Assembly: GCA_047495785.1 (NCBI GenBank)
Contig: JBLDXI010000024.1
Location: 2,542,001 to 2,606,000, forward strand
Length of the DNA: 64,000 nucleotides
Direction: 5' to 3'
Source of the DNA: Lepidodermella squamata
Taxonomy: Eukaryota; Animalia; Gastrotricha
In this document: positions 46,079-58,720 of the stretch, piece by piece
How the letters are laid out: each line of letters begins with the position of its first letter
Position numbering within the stretch: the stretch's first letter is position 1
Made by a program: the position numbers and the translations under genes
The notes under the pieces: generated by a model
What the model was told of the DNA's origin: nothing
Database searches by the model: none
The model's input: the letters and a program-made list of their open reading frames with translations, nothing else

Positions 46079-49000
46079 ATGATTCGAGCATTTTTACCTA
46101 TAGCCATTCTTGCTGTTCAGCTTTTGCCAAAAATCACATTCTGCCGTGAGTCATCCATGGAGTCGGTCCTGAACATAATTTGACCATTTGCATGCCACAG
46201 AGTCATGCGTTCATGGTGTCTCGAATGGCTCAGGTTCCTGCTCGTGTGATATCGGTTGGGGCGGGCAGTATTGCGACGCAGCTGCTCCTACCAGTAAGTT
46301 GTTTTGCCGAATTTTCATCGCTCGCTACTACGTTCAAATATTTAGTTTGCGAATTCGACAATCAGTGTGCGAATGGCGGAACGTGTTCTCAAAAGAACTG
46401 CTATTGCCCTGGAACTTGGTCTGGATCAAGTTGCGCCGAAACAGGCAAAATACATTAGATGAAGATACAAAGTTAGCTGTTAATTATTGGTTGTCCCAGG
46501 AACCTATACTTGTCATCCGACTGGATACGATTACCCATACTGCTACAACGGTGGTACCTGCGTGTGGGCTGCTCCAAGCAGCTCATGCGTTTGCAAACAA
46601 GGGTTCACAGGAAAATACTGCGAAACAAGTTCCATTTTTTTTATTTTTATAAACTGATTTACCCTTAACAACTTCTGTCACAGATCTTTGTCCGAATCCG
46701 TGTCAAAATGGCGGAAGTTGCACTGGAAACAATACTTGTACCTGTGCTGATGATTGGACTGGTCCAACATGCAACATTTGTAAGAAACGTAACCCTGATT
46801 CAGAATAAAAGCACTTTTCGAGTCTTTTAAGCGACTGCCTGCGAAAATGTCGAGCTTATCTCGACATTTAGTGCCACAATAACTGGGTCATCCGGCACTC
46901 CGGCGTCTGGTAACGGGAATCTCGCGAACACCAACTATTGGAGACCATCGACCACGGATACAAACCCATACATCGAGTTCGACTTCGGAAAAGAGCTGTC
47001 AATTAAAATAATCAAAATCGCTGGCGCCGGAACTGGTGGCTACCTCACTCAATATACCGTAGCTTTTCTGGCAAGAACCGGCATGGGCTCACTCTACATA
47101 CCGATCCTGACCAATCAGCAAGACCCATCGAGTCAACCTGTTGTTTATACTGGCACTGTCAACATTAGTAACACATACTTTTACCCTACTACGTTTTGCC
47201 CTGTGATAAGGACGCAAAAATTGCGGATCCATCCTAAAGCTAGCAGTGTATCCTTGACTGAGGTAAGAATGAGGTTCCTGATCTACGGCTGTTTAAACCA
47301 TGCAAGTTGCACCGTTTGCTCATCGGGAGGTTGCCAATGTCCGATTGGCTATGCCAGCTATAATACAACCCTGAATCCTTGGCCAAGTTGTGGTAGGCCT
47401 TTGCTTGAATTCTTTGAATTTAGGAACAAATGATTACTTAGACCAACTAAACTTTCCTCCGATTGACTGCGAGGATATAGCTATAAGGCAGCCTACAGCT
47501 CAAAGCGGAGTGTACACGATTCAACCATTTGGATCGACTCCTTTCGACGCATATTGTGACATGACATCTCTCGCTGGAGGCTGGACGGTCTTCCAACGAA
47601 GAGCCTCTCGGAATGTAGATTTTTTCCGAACCTGGGTCGAGTATCAATCTTTTTTCGGCAACTTCTCCGACAGCTTTTGGCTTGGCCTTGATAGCCTGTC
47701 CGCCTTAACTAATTCGCCCTACAATTTTTACAGAATAACCATAAGAGCTACTCATTTGGATAGTTTGTCACTCTTCGTAAGTATTGGCGGTATCATGAAA
47801 ATCGGACCAGCTAGTACCAACTACACAATGACCGTTGCAACAACGAATGAAGGAAGCATGGCCGGTTATATTGGTAACTCTAATGGCAAAAGGTTCAGCA
47901 CTAAAGACCGAGATAACGACCAGGTGGCTGCGACAAACTGTGCGAATGATAACAAAGGAGCATGGTGGTATGGAAGCAGCTGTCAGGCTCCGAGTTTGAA
48001 CGGGTATTTTCCTTCAAATAAGTTTTATTTCGCTTTTATCCTGTTCCTCTACTGAAAAGGGTGTACAATTCTACTGATCCATATCAAGGAGTGAATTGGC
48101 CCACTTTTCGGCCAAGCACTGAGTCTCTTCGATACGTCGCCATGATGGTTAGGCGAGAACCAGATAAAACTGTAGGGACTCCGAGTAAGTTCAGCTTCAA
48201 CCAATAATTGGGCAATTTTAAGGCGGAGTTTTGCAGCTGTTGCGTTAGCGTACACCCATCCTGTGGATTGTGCCGATATTGCCAAAAATCAGCCCCATGC
48301 TCCTAGTGGTGTGTATACCATCTACCCACCAGGAGGCAGCTCAATTCAAGCTTACTGCGAGATGTCCGCTTTAGATGGTGGCTGGACTGTAATACAGCGA
48401 AACTATGCAAATTCCGGCCAAAGCTTTAACCAGAATTACGCGACTTACGAGTCGGGATTTGGTGATCCAAGCAAGGCTTTCTATCTGGGGAACTTTGCAA
48501 TCAATCTTCTGACAACTGCCGGCCTTGTGTATCAGCTTGCTGTTGTGTTAGAGTTTACAAATACTAACCTGCGTACCTCGAGGTATCAATTTTTTTCCAT
48601 CGGCAATTCGGCTTCGAACTACGTTCTGCAAGCCTCGAACTTTGTTTCCGATCAAATCGAAAGTGCGGGCGATTCGATGACATCGCACAGTGGGAACCCG
48701 TTCCAGGTTATTTCGACCAAATCTGGAGGATGGTGGTTCAAGCCAACTGGGACAACGCCCTTTGTAGACTCAAACTTGAACGGAGAAGCTCTTAATAACA
48801 CCTTTGAACAAGGCATTGTTTGGTCTTCATGGAAATCAAGCACCCAATCCCTGAAAAGCAGCGTCATGATGATCAAACCCATGAATCCGAAGCCATACGA
48901 TTGTCTTGATATTTACAATTTGGATTCCAAAAGCATCGACGGGTTGTACTGGATTTTTCCTCTGGGAATGAAGGCACTCAAAATCTACTGCTACTTTGGA

Positions 49001-52000
49001 TCTCCCCCATTTATTGGAAGTTATCCAGGCATAACCGTGGGTGTAACATTTCATCTCATGATTTTGCCAGCTAATTTTCTTATTTTTAGATCTTTCAAAA
49101 ACGCATGTTTGGCAATACGAATTTTTCCCGCGGCTGGCAAGACTACAAAAATGGCTTTTCAGCTTTACCATACTCTGCCAATAGTGATTATTGGATTGGT
49201 GCGTTTCAAATCGATCTATTTCGGATCAATGTTTATGACATTTATTAAAGGAAATGAGAATCTTTACCTGCTGACCAGGCGGAACTGTATTGATATGTTC
49301 GTGATCGCCACGGATCCGAGAAATGGCTCTACAAACGTCGCTCACTGGCGGGATTTCAAGGTTCTTCCGGAAAGTACATCCTACACATTGTGGGCTGACA
49401 CTGGAAATTTCGACGCACTATCGAACACAGGTAGAATAACCGTATAAGTACAAATTTATTAAAATTACCAATTTATATAGGAAATTCGCTCTATAATCAT
49501 AACAATCTGCCCTTTTCAACTTATGATAATGGATCTGCCTCTAGTTGCTTTGGATCAGGGGCGGGGAAGATGGAGGGTGGTTGGTGGGTCCCATCTGGCT
49601 GCTCCTACACAGCTCAGCTTAACAATGTTTGGAACTCAAGTGTTACCCCGAAGGCTATGGCATTTTCCGGCTGGGCGTCGCTCAACTGGTCAATGGCTAC
49701 GACTATGATGGGAATAAGACGAAGAAGTAATTAATGCATATTATAAATCATACTAGCTCGTATAACAATCTACATTTTCACCAGCTAGCGGAACCTTTTG
49801 TAAGCTGCCCAATAACGGATACAGCGCAATTGTACCTACTTACGAAGTAATGGGCTACACGAGAGATATATCAAATCGATGGGTCTCTGGTGACTTTATC
49901 AGAGTTAGGCTCAGTAACTACGGTTATTTGTATTCGAACGACGACCCTGTAACTGCTCGTACGAATTTCTTAATTCTAAAGATCAAGCAATAATATATCT
50001 GAATTTTGCAGCTTACCCCACACCACTAGACTGCTACTATTACCAACAACAAGCTTCAGCTTTTAACAAATTCGTGTCAGGAATAAATTCTAATTTTGTT
50101 GCTGGGGAATTCAGCGGAACAGTTTATTGCGACCAAGAGACTATGGGTAAGGAGTAACGGCTAGCTTCGGGAGGCATGAATGTTTTCTTTAAAGGTGGTG
50201 GTTGGGTTTTGATTCAAAGACGCGTCGACGGTTCTACCTCCTTCCAGCGCGACTTGGACTCTTACATATCTGGCTTCGGTTCTTTAACCGGAAACTACTG
50301 GATAGGCCTTGAAACCATGCGACAAATCGCAATTACTGCTTATCACGAGGTTCTCATCGAAATGCGTGGCCCTGATGGTTACGCGTTCACTTTGACTAGT
50401 AACGTCTACCCATGGTACCCACAATATGGATTTGTTTGGACGGGCTTTCAAGCCTGCTCAACGGCTGGTGACATGGTCTCGGCAATGGGCGCGAAAACTT
50501 TCACAGTCGACCCATGCGGGACTGGAGGTTGGTGGCATGTCGTAACCTGCAACAGCTCTCAAGTCTACTCGAACCTGAACGCGCCTTACGATGGCGTTGA
50601 TACTGGGGGAATGTACTGGAAAACCTACGGAAATGGCGCTACCCCAAATCTTGAGTGGACAGAAATCAAGATGCGTAGACCGTCGCAGACTCGTGGCCGT
50701 TACGTACCTTTCAGAGGTTTCAAATGTAGTGCTGGAACCAGCACAATAAAAACCGTTTCGTCCCTTAATGAGTGTCTGGGCAATTGCACAGCTTCGGCAA
50801 CCTGCCTTGCTGTTGCATATAACAAAGCTACCTGGTGCGATTTGCGAACTAGCAGCTGCCAACAAGATTCTCAAGGCACGACTAACGCAACCTACGACTC
50901 ATACTACCGTATGGATTCCTGCACTCACGTATCAGTATGTGGACCACCTCCAGCTATGGCTTCAACAACAATGGAAGGCACAATGCTGACTACATCAATA
51001 TCTGTAAACTACACGTGTCTAGCTGGGTATTCAAACGCAATTGCGCCTGTTGATTGGACAGTCCTTACTTGCAACACAACAACAAAACGATGGGTCGGAA
51101 CGTGGCTTCGATGTTCCACTCTATGCGGCAGTTACCCTGATTTCTCTGCTTATAATGCTGAGAAGTTACAAAACATCACCTATATTGGGGATAAGGTGGT
51201 TGCAAATTACCAGTGCATGGCAGGATTTACTCTAGTGAGTGGAAACTTGAGCCAAGTCTGCCAGCCACCCTATGGGGCTTGGATAGGCGATTCGCCGCTT
51301 TGCCAGAACATTTCATGCCCTCAGCCGCCTACCTATCCTAACACTACAGCAAACTTTACTGGCGTACCGGATAATTTGCGAATTTTACCAGGTTTAGTTT
51401 GGCAATACAGCTGTCCCGTTGGTTATCTGTTCAACAATACGGGGACTGGCTCGGCTACCTTAACTTGCGACGGAACGACAAAGACCTGGGTTGGTTCTAT
51501 TGGAACCTGTGTTGCGGATTGTTCGGGTGTGGTTGGCTGCTTGAATGGAGGAACCTGCAGCCAGCCTAACCAATGCCTATGCATATCAGGCTGGGCTGGA
51601 GCAACGTGTTCCCTGGGTAGGCTTTCAATATGATTTGTTTACAAACTTGAGATGATCCGAATTCCCCACAGTCGATTGCTCTTCTCTAAACAACTGCTCC
51701 GGTAATGGCGCGTGCAACTCTCCGAATAACTGCACTTGCTTGAAAGGATGGATGGGGCCGTCTTGCTCGACACGTATTAAATCATTTTTCATATTTAGGC
51801 TCAATATATCAACGCATTTTCCAGCTGATTGTAGCTCGATGGGCGGCTGCGCAAATAGCGGTACATGCGTTTCGCCAGATAAGTGTAACTGCTTGGCTGG
51901 TTGGACAGGGCTGTCTTGTTCAGAACGTATTTTTTAGTAATTCATTCGATTGAAGCTACATGAGTCATTTTCCAGCCGACTGCTCATCACTGGGAGATTG

Positions 52001-55000
52001 TAAAAATGGCGGTTCATGTATAGCGCCGAATACTTGTTACTGTATCAATGGCTGGGGTGGAGCTGACTGCTCTCTAGGTGGGAATATTTCGCGGGATTTC
52101 CATATGCCCATCTTATTCCCATTTTCTCAATCCCATAAGGAACGACTATAGCATCAGGCCAAACTACTACCACGACTCAATCCACAACTGCTCAGCTTTT
52201 GACCACACCCGTGGTGACAACAACTGTTACAACCGCTACGCCATCTGCTACTGCCACTACTACTTCAGCTACAATTACTTCAACTCAGGCTATCGTCTCC
52301 AGTACTCCATCAACACAGGCTAGCAGTACAACTCTCGCACAGCAAGACACATCTTCACTATTCCCAACAACTAGTGCTGCTACAACAACAGTCTCTGCAA
52401 CTAGCACTAAACCTAGTGCTGTAACAACAACGAAAGACAGCTACAGCGTTATGATCGACTTGAATATTACCGTAGCTGCCTCGGATGAAGTTTTGATTCA
52501 AAGTGCGAACCAAGTTGAAAGCAAGGTTACTCAATCTGCCAACATGATCAACACCTACCAAAATTTAACTTTATTGGCTGCAGACTCAGTAAGTCCAAAT
52601 ATTCGAAATATGTTATTATGAATTAAACTTTATTGTATTTCTTCCTAGCAATCCTTTGTAAACGCAACGTCAAGTCTAATGACAAGGTACTCAACTCTTG
52701 TTGTCAACTTATCAAGCGAGACGATTCTGCAAATTTCGCTAGGTTTGTTGACAAAAGTGTTTTATCGATATAATCTATAGCAGAATTGTTCTAGCCTACT
52801 CTCAAGCTGTAAGCACGGTCATGACAACTATTGCTGAAAAGCAGGTCCTCCAAGTATCGAAATCGGATTCTCTGGTTGAACCTAGCACTGCAATAAAATG
52901 TCAAGCTGATCCGTTCTCTTCCGAAGCTTACATCGTCCAGACACCGAAAGTTGAGCTGTCAACTGACCAAAATGAGCAATTATTCCGCGACTATCGAACA
53001 ATGATGGAGTCAATGGCAACCATGGTGAAAAATGCCCTCGCTTTGGGGAAGGATTTCACCTTCAACGGAACATTCTTCTCATTCGTCATTGCCAACCACG
53101 CAGCATCAAGCCTGTCAGCATTGGTCCTTGAAACAAATTTGGCTAAGGTAGAGATACCGAAAATCGACAATGCGCTTGATCTGATCAACCCGTTGCCACG
53201 AGGTCTCGATACAAAGAGCAAAATTTCAATTGTATTCACTACATACATCACAAATGTTTATGATGTATCAAAACCGTTTAACATGCCAACAATTTCGCTG
53301 AAAGTCTACTTCGGCGATATCACTCTACAGCTGAACACGGCCCACCCGGTCAAAATGACAGGCTATCCCCTCGAGAACAAGGCTAGACAGCTTTCTACGG
53401 ATAAGGTCGAGTCGCAGTGCGATATAAGCAAGATCAAATGTGATATCACTTCAAATGCCGATAAATTAGGATCGCTAGCTACCTTCCCAGTATCGACAGA
53501 TGCCGGAGACTTTATTTTAATCTTCCCAGCTATTGAATTCAACTACGCTGTGTACATCTCCCTCAATTCGACTCCTTCGTTGGCTTCTTACATTTGGCAA
53601 ATGAATGTTACGGGTGGGCAAGTATCAGCTTCTTCCCACCCTAGATTAGGTTCGATTCGATTCAACTTTAACAAAACGAAAGAACTAAGAGTCGTTGTTT
53701 CGGAGTATTCTCTTAAAGTCTTCGCCAAATCTCGGGGTTTTACGAATTCAACGTTCACATTAAATGTGTTTTCGAAGAAGAATCTCGCTCATTTCTCGCC
53801 CACGGATGATTTGCCTGCCTCAGTGTGCCAGATGCAGAAATGTTATGGCTATCACATGCGAATAGGTTTCGCTTCGAAGAGCCAAGTGATATCTGCTAGA
53901 AAGAGGCGAGAAGCAGACACTAACTCATCGACTGGTTTCGAACTAGATTCCGCATCAGACGAATCGAGGGTGTCTTTCAAATCCTCATATTTCGGCGATT
54001 TCGGAGCTGACCTGCTGATATCTCCAAATACCATCCAATTTTCCGAGATTTTCGCGAATTTCTCCAGTTTATTAGCCGACAATGCATTTGTCTTCGCCTT
54101 CATGATCGTATGCGTTGTTGGTTATCTAGCCGCTGTTGGTCTAACTGTGATGTTTGATCGGGCGGATTTGAAAGACTGGGCATTTATGCCACTGCTGAGC
54201 AACAAACCTCACCATCAGTTCACTTACTTAATCTCCGTTGACTACTACAAGGTGAAGCGTTACGAGCTGCAACCTCAAATTTCCGTTCGACTGATTGGAG
54301 ATGGTTGCGAAACTTCATTTCGTCAGCTGCATGATGGCGCCAGGAAAAACTTTTCGGGGAAGGTACCTGGTAATTTTGCTCTGACAACACTATCTCCGAT
54401 CGAATTCATCGACTCAATTGAGATCGACCTAATCAGTGCACCGTGGGCATGTGGTTCGAAACCTTTTCAAATCTACATCGACAAGGTGGTGATAGTCGAT
54501 GTTGAAACCGGCAAAAAGTACATTTTCCCAGTTCGGTCAAATATGGAGTCGGGCGATCGTGTGAAAACCGATTTAGCCACCGAAGATGAGATCAAGAGCT
54601 TCACGTACCTGGTTGGGGGTCACTCGAGGGCCGGTATCACCGATAACCACCCCTGGCTTTCGATCGTCAAACGACCCCTACCAAGTAATTGGACACGGGT
54701 CGAGCGACTTTCGTGCGTCGTGTCAGCTCTTTTCATGGCTATGCTCGTGAATTGCATGTTCTATGGCCAGGAAGGGACTTCTCCGAGGATCGGCATCAAT
54801 ATCGGCGGGTTCCTCCGCATCTCATGGTTCACATTCTACACTAGTCTTGCGAGCTGTATAATCATAATACCGCCAACCACGATAATAGCAATAATCTTTA
54901 AACGAGTGAAACGTCGTTCGGCGGAAAAAAGCGATTGGATCACTGTTTTCAACGCTGCTGTGAAGGAGAGCGAGGGTGAAGATGAATCAGAGAATAAACA

Positions 55001-57439
55001 TAAGAAAAAACCGTTCAAGTTTCCATTTTGGACGATTGGAATTGCTTGGTTCCGTAAGTTGCGCCAGCTTTTACTTATTTTTGAAGGAACTTTTTTTGCC
55101 TTCAAGTGGTCGCTGTATCAGTGGGAACCTCTGCGTTCTTAGTTATTATGTTCAGCCTGCAATGGGGTCGAGAAAAGTCACTGCAGTGGTTGTCAAGCAT
55201 GGGAATGCACATAATTCAGGATGTCATTGTTGTTCAATCGGTCAAAGTCTTGCTAGTCTCAGTGTTCACGTCATCCTTATTGAAGCTGCCGGACGACGGA
55301 GTGTCTCTTGGGAAACTGGTTTACTCTCGCTGTAAGACATAGTTTGCCAGTTGAATTATTGACATTTAGATTTTTTTTCGAAATTTAGGCAATAATTCGG
55401 AAAGGACATTGGTTTTTAAACGCACTAGGAACATCATAGCTGGGATAGCCCATCACATTGCCTACGTAATCGCATTTGCTCTGGTGATTGCTACAACCCA
55501 AAACACCTACCGTTACCAAATCGTCAGAGATATCCGTCCCTTGGTTGATTTTGATGGCATTCAACAGGTGATAGATCCGATTATTGATTACGGACGTATC
55601 TTCGATTGGCTCAACAATAAAGTTATTCCGAATTTCCTGAATGGCAACCAGATCAACTACGGCGGGGTTTTCAATGAGAAAAACCTTTACGTCGTGCCGA
55701 ATCATGATGTGACAATTATCGGTCCGATAAGACTAAGGCAACAGCGCGTTTCGAGATCACCGTGTCCTATCGCAATAACTTCGACAAAATCTTACGTAGG
55801 CCGATACAGGGAGAAACTTGCCCCAGACCAGGCTCCATGCCAAGAATCATACTCAAGCGATACAGGAATAGGACTTTCATCCGAGACTCGAGATTTCAAC
55901 AAAAGCTGGTCCATTTTAATGACGAGCTATATTGATAAGTCCAATATTTCGATCGAGGACGCACCTTGGTTTTACAGAGACGATAGCTCCGGATTTCCAT
56001 ACTCTGGCTGGTCGGCGATTTACAAGTCTGGTGGCTACTATGTCGACTTACCCAACAGGATGTGGAAAGCTCAACGGCTTGTTTCGCAGCTGAAAGATGA
56101 AAGATGGCTTGATAACTCGACTTCAGTGCTCTTCGTTGACTTTACGCTGTACAACTCTCAAATCAACCTGTTCCTCTCAGTCAAAATTGTCTTCGAGGCA
56201 CTATCAGCTGGTGGCATGAATTACCACGCGAGGCTCTACCCGTTACAGCTATATCAATACTCCGGCGCTAGCAGTATCCTGATTTTTGTGATCCAAGGCA
56301 TTTGGATACTTTTGTTGATTTCTGAAACTGCGAAAGTTGCTTATTTGATGCGGAAAAATGGACCTCAGCAACATTTGAAGGACGGCTGGAACTTGTTAGA
56401 AGTCGTATCCATTCTCATGGGTTACGGGATTATCGGGCTTTTTGCTGCTCGAATTTCGAGCATTATTAAGGTCGTAACGAAGATGCAGACGACCCGGAGT
56501 TCTTACACCAATCTTGACCTATTGGTTTACTGGGACGAAGTAATGGCGAATCTCTATGGTTTGACGTTTTTCATGACAATGATGCTGTTTTTCCGAAATC
56601 TGAAGTTCAACAAATACTGGTGTATGTTCCTGGCGACCCTCTCAAAGGGCAAAAGTGACCTTTTATCCTTCATTGTCGTTTTCACGATGATCACAATGAT
56701 GTTCTCTGGCCTCGGCTATCTGACCCTCGGAGCTACCCAGAGTGAGTTCAGGTCAATGACGGCTTCGATAATGAGTCTTCTGCAAAACGTTATTGGAGTT
56801 ACTGGGAATTTGATAGCCCTCGGCTCTCAATCTCGCTTCATCATGATCTACTGCATTGCCTATTCATCGATCGTCATGTTCTTAGCTGTTCAGATTTTCA
56901 TGACGATTATTACAGTGACTTATGACCGAATTTCTGACGATATCGAGGGGAACACTGACTGGGATAAAGAAGTCGATGAATACATGTCTGAGGAATGGAG
57001 AAAGCTGATTGCAAGAAAACAACCGAAAATGTCGGAGGAAATTGATCAGCTCCTTTTGAAAGATGAAAGCTGTTACAGTAAACGTAAGTCGTTTTTCTTT
57101 TTTTCATAACAATTTATGATTAAAATAATTTATCCAGTTGAAAGCTCTTTGAACCGGTTGTCGAAGCATGTTGACGTGGTGGCGAGTAATGCTCCGCTGA
57201 TCTCGGAAGACAAACGCGTGACCTGCAACATTCGCTGGGCGGAACAGTTTATCAAAGTCACGCAAAATGACCGAGCGCAATCTACTGGTTCACAAGGCGA
57301 AGCTCGACGGATAAGAAAGCTGCCATCTGTCGAGCCTTTGTACCCAGTGAAGCTCGCGCCTGCCGGGGCTTATTACGATTTCGTCAAGCGATTTAGCGAA
57401 CACGACATTTTCAAAACGGCTGATTTCAAAGCAGATTGA
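46079..57439 (+). CDS. Polycystin-1-like receptor-channel, copy 4 (divergent paralog): SP - EGF x4 - F5/8C - FReD x4 - PAN - CCP x3 - EGF x4 - Ser/Thr stalk - degenerate GAIN - 11 TM/PLAT/channel
   Basis: ATG at 46079 (MIRAFLPIAILAVQLLPKITFC). Exons splice in frame through ORFs 47083-47433, 47390-48055, 48263-49447, 50176-51633, 52199-52621, 52821-55142, 55106-55342, 55409-57109 and 57116-57439. Canonical FReD1 (FSTKDRDND..NCA..GAWWY.SC..SLNG) and the same polycystin motifs as copies 1-3. Confidence 0.85.
52140..52435 (+). repeat. Thr/Ser-rich mucin-like low-complexity stalk, unique to copy 4
   Basis: TTPVVTTTVTTATPSATATTTSATITSTQ...SATSTKPSAVTTT. Confidence 0.85.
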
Positions 57440-58720
57440 CTGTATTATATTCTCAAAGACAGCCAGGCTGGATTCTGGATATATCGAGTGCTGTGATTGC
57501 TGATTGCGTGATAAGTCAGTTGCAATTTGATTAATAAAATATGCTTGGAAAGATGAAGTTATAATCAAATTCTTTGTAATATGAAATGAATATTTTCAGG
57601 CGCGCCTAAGTTACCTCTAAGCTCGCAATCAGATTGGTCTGTCGCTCGCTCGATGAATGATAGAGACAACCTTTCAAACTTCCAGGCTGTTTAAAATTCA
57701 TCGGAATTTGAATCGCTAGAATATGGGGTTCTCGTTCGAAGCATTTAAAGCGTAAATCCAACTTGTTTACGAGCATTTGAAGTAATGCGCGAGCGTTAAC
57801 TTAGACTTTACAAGAGTGCATAAACATTCCGTTCGTGACGTCCAAGCGTGACTACGTGACGTCCTTCTGCGCTTGCTAGACATCCCCGCGGCGTCGTGTG
57901 TTCGTGCGGAGTCCGTGAGCTCATCTTTACACGAAACATGACTGGAATGATTTGTAATTACCTAGTTATCTCAAAACTGTCACGCTAATTATGCCATTTA
58001 ATAAACTATTGATCACAGCATGTTGACGGAGCTGTGAAGAATCAATGTTTACTTGATGAGGATACAAGAGTCACGTGCAGCAATAAGGGCGGGAGCGTTA
58101 TCTTAAAGTACCTCGCCCTGGGTATTGCGGGGTTCCCTTCACTTCAAATCTGAATTCCGCCAAGTAATTAAAACTATTTCGAGTCATAAAATGATGTTTG
58201 TTCTCATCGTGGCATTTCGTTCAAAAGTAACCTAATCCTGAAGATTTTGCAAGGAAATTCCCAGACGAAATAGCATCTATTAATTGACTGTATCAGCTTC
58301 CAGCAACTGGCGCGTTTCACTCCACATCAACACGTTTGAGTGGAATCCGACAGCCGTAGACCACGTGAGTTGTCGGAGAAGTGTTATTTTAAATCCTTGA
58401 TGAACCAATATTTTTACTCAAGATCTCACAAGATTCTCAGCTTTTTACATTTGCTTTCCAGCTTTCTAACAACGAGTTTAACCTCTTTTTTCAGGAAGCT
58501 TTTACTTTCACCACCAATCACGCATCATTATATGTTTTTCGGCATCTGATAGTTAAAATGGATAAGACATTTTTGAAATTTCCTGCTTTTACACATCCCG
58601 CGATATTTTCAGCATAAGCACGACTTCCTGGTTCCGTCTTTGTTAAACGCACGAATTTTTAGTGGCCCATCTTTGTTAACCTGTTAACACGTTTTGTTTA
58701 CATTTCTCGTCGTAGAAAAA

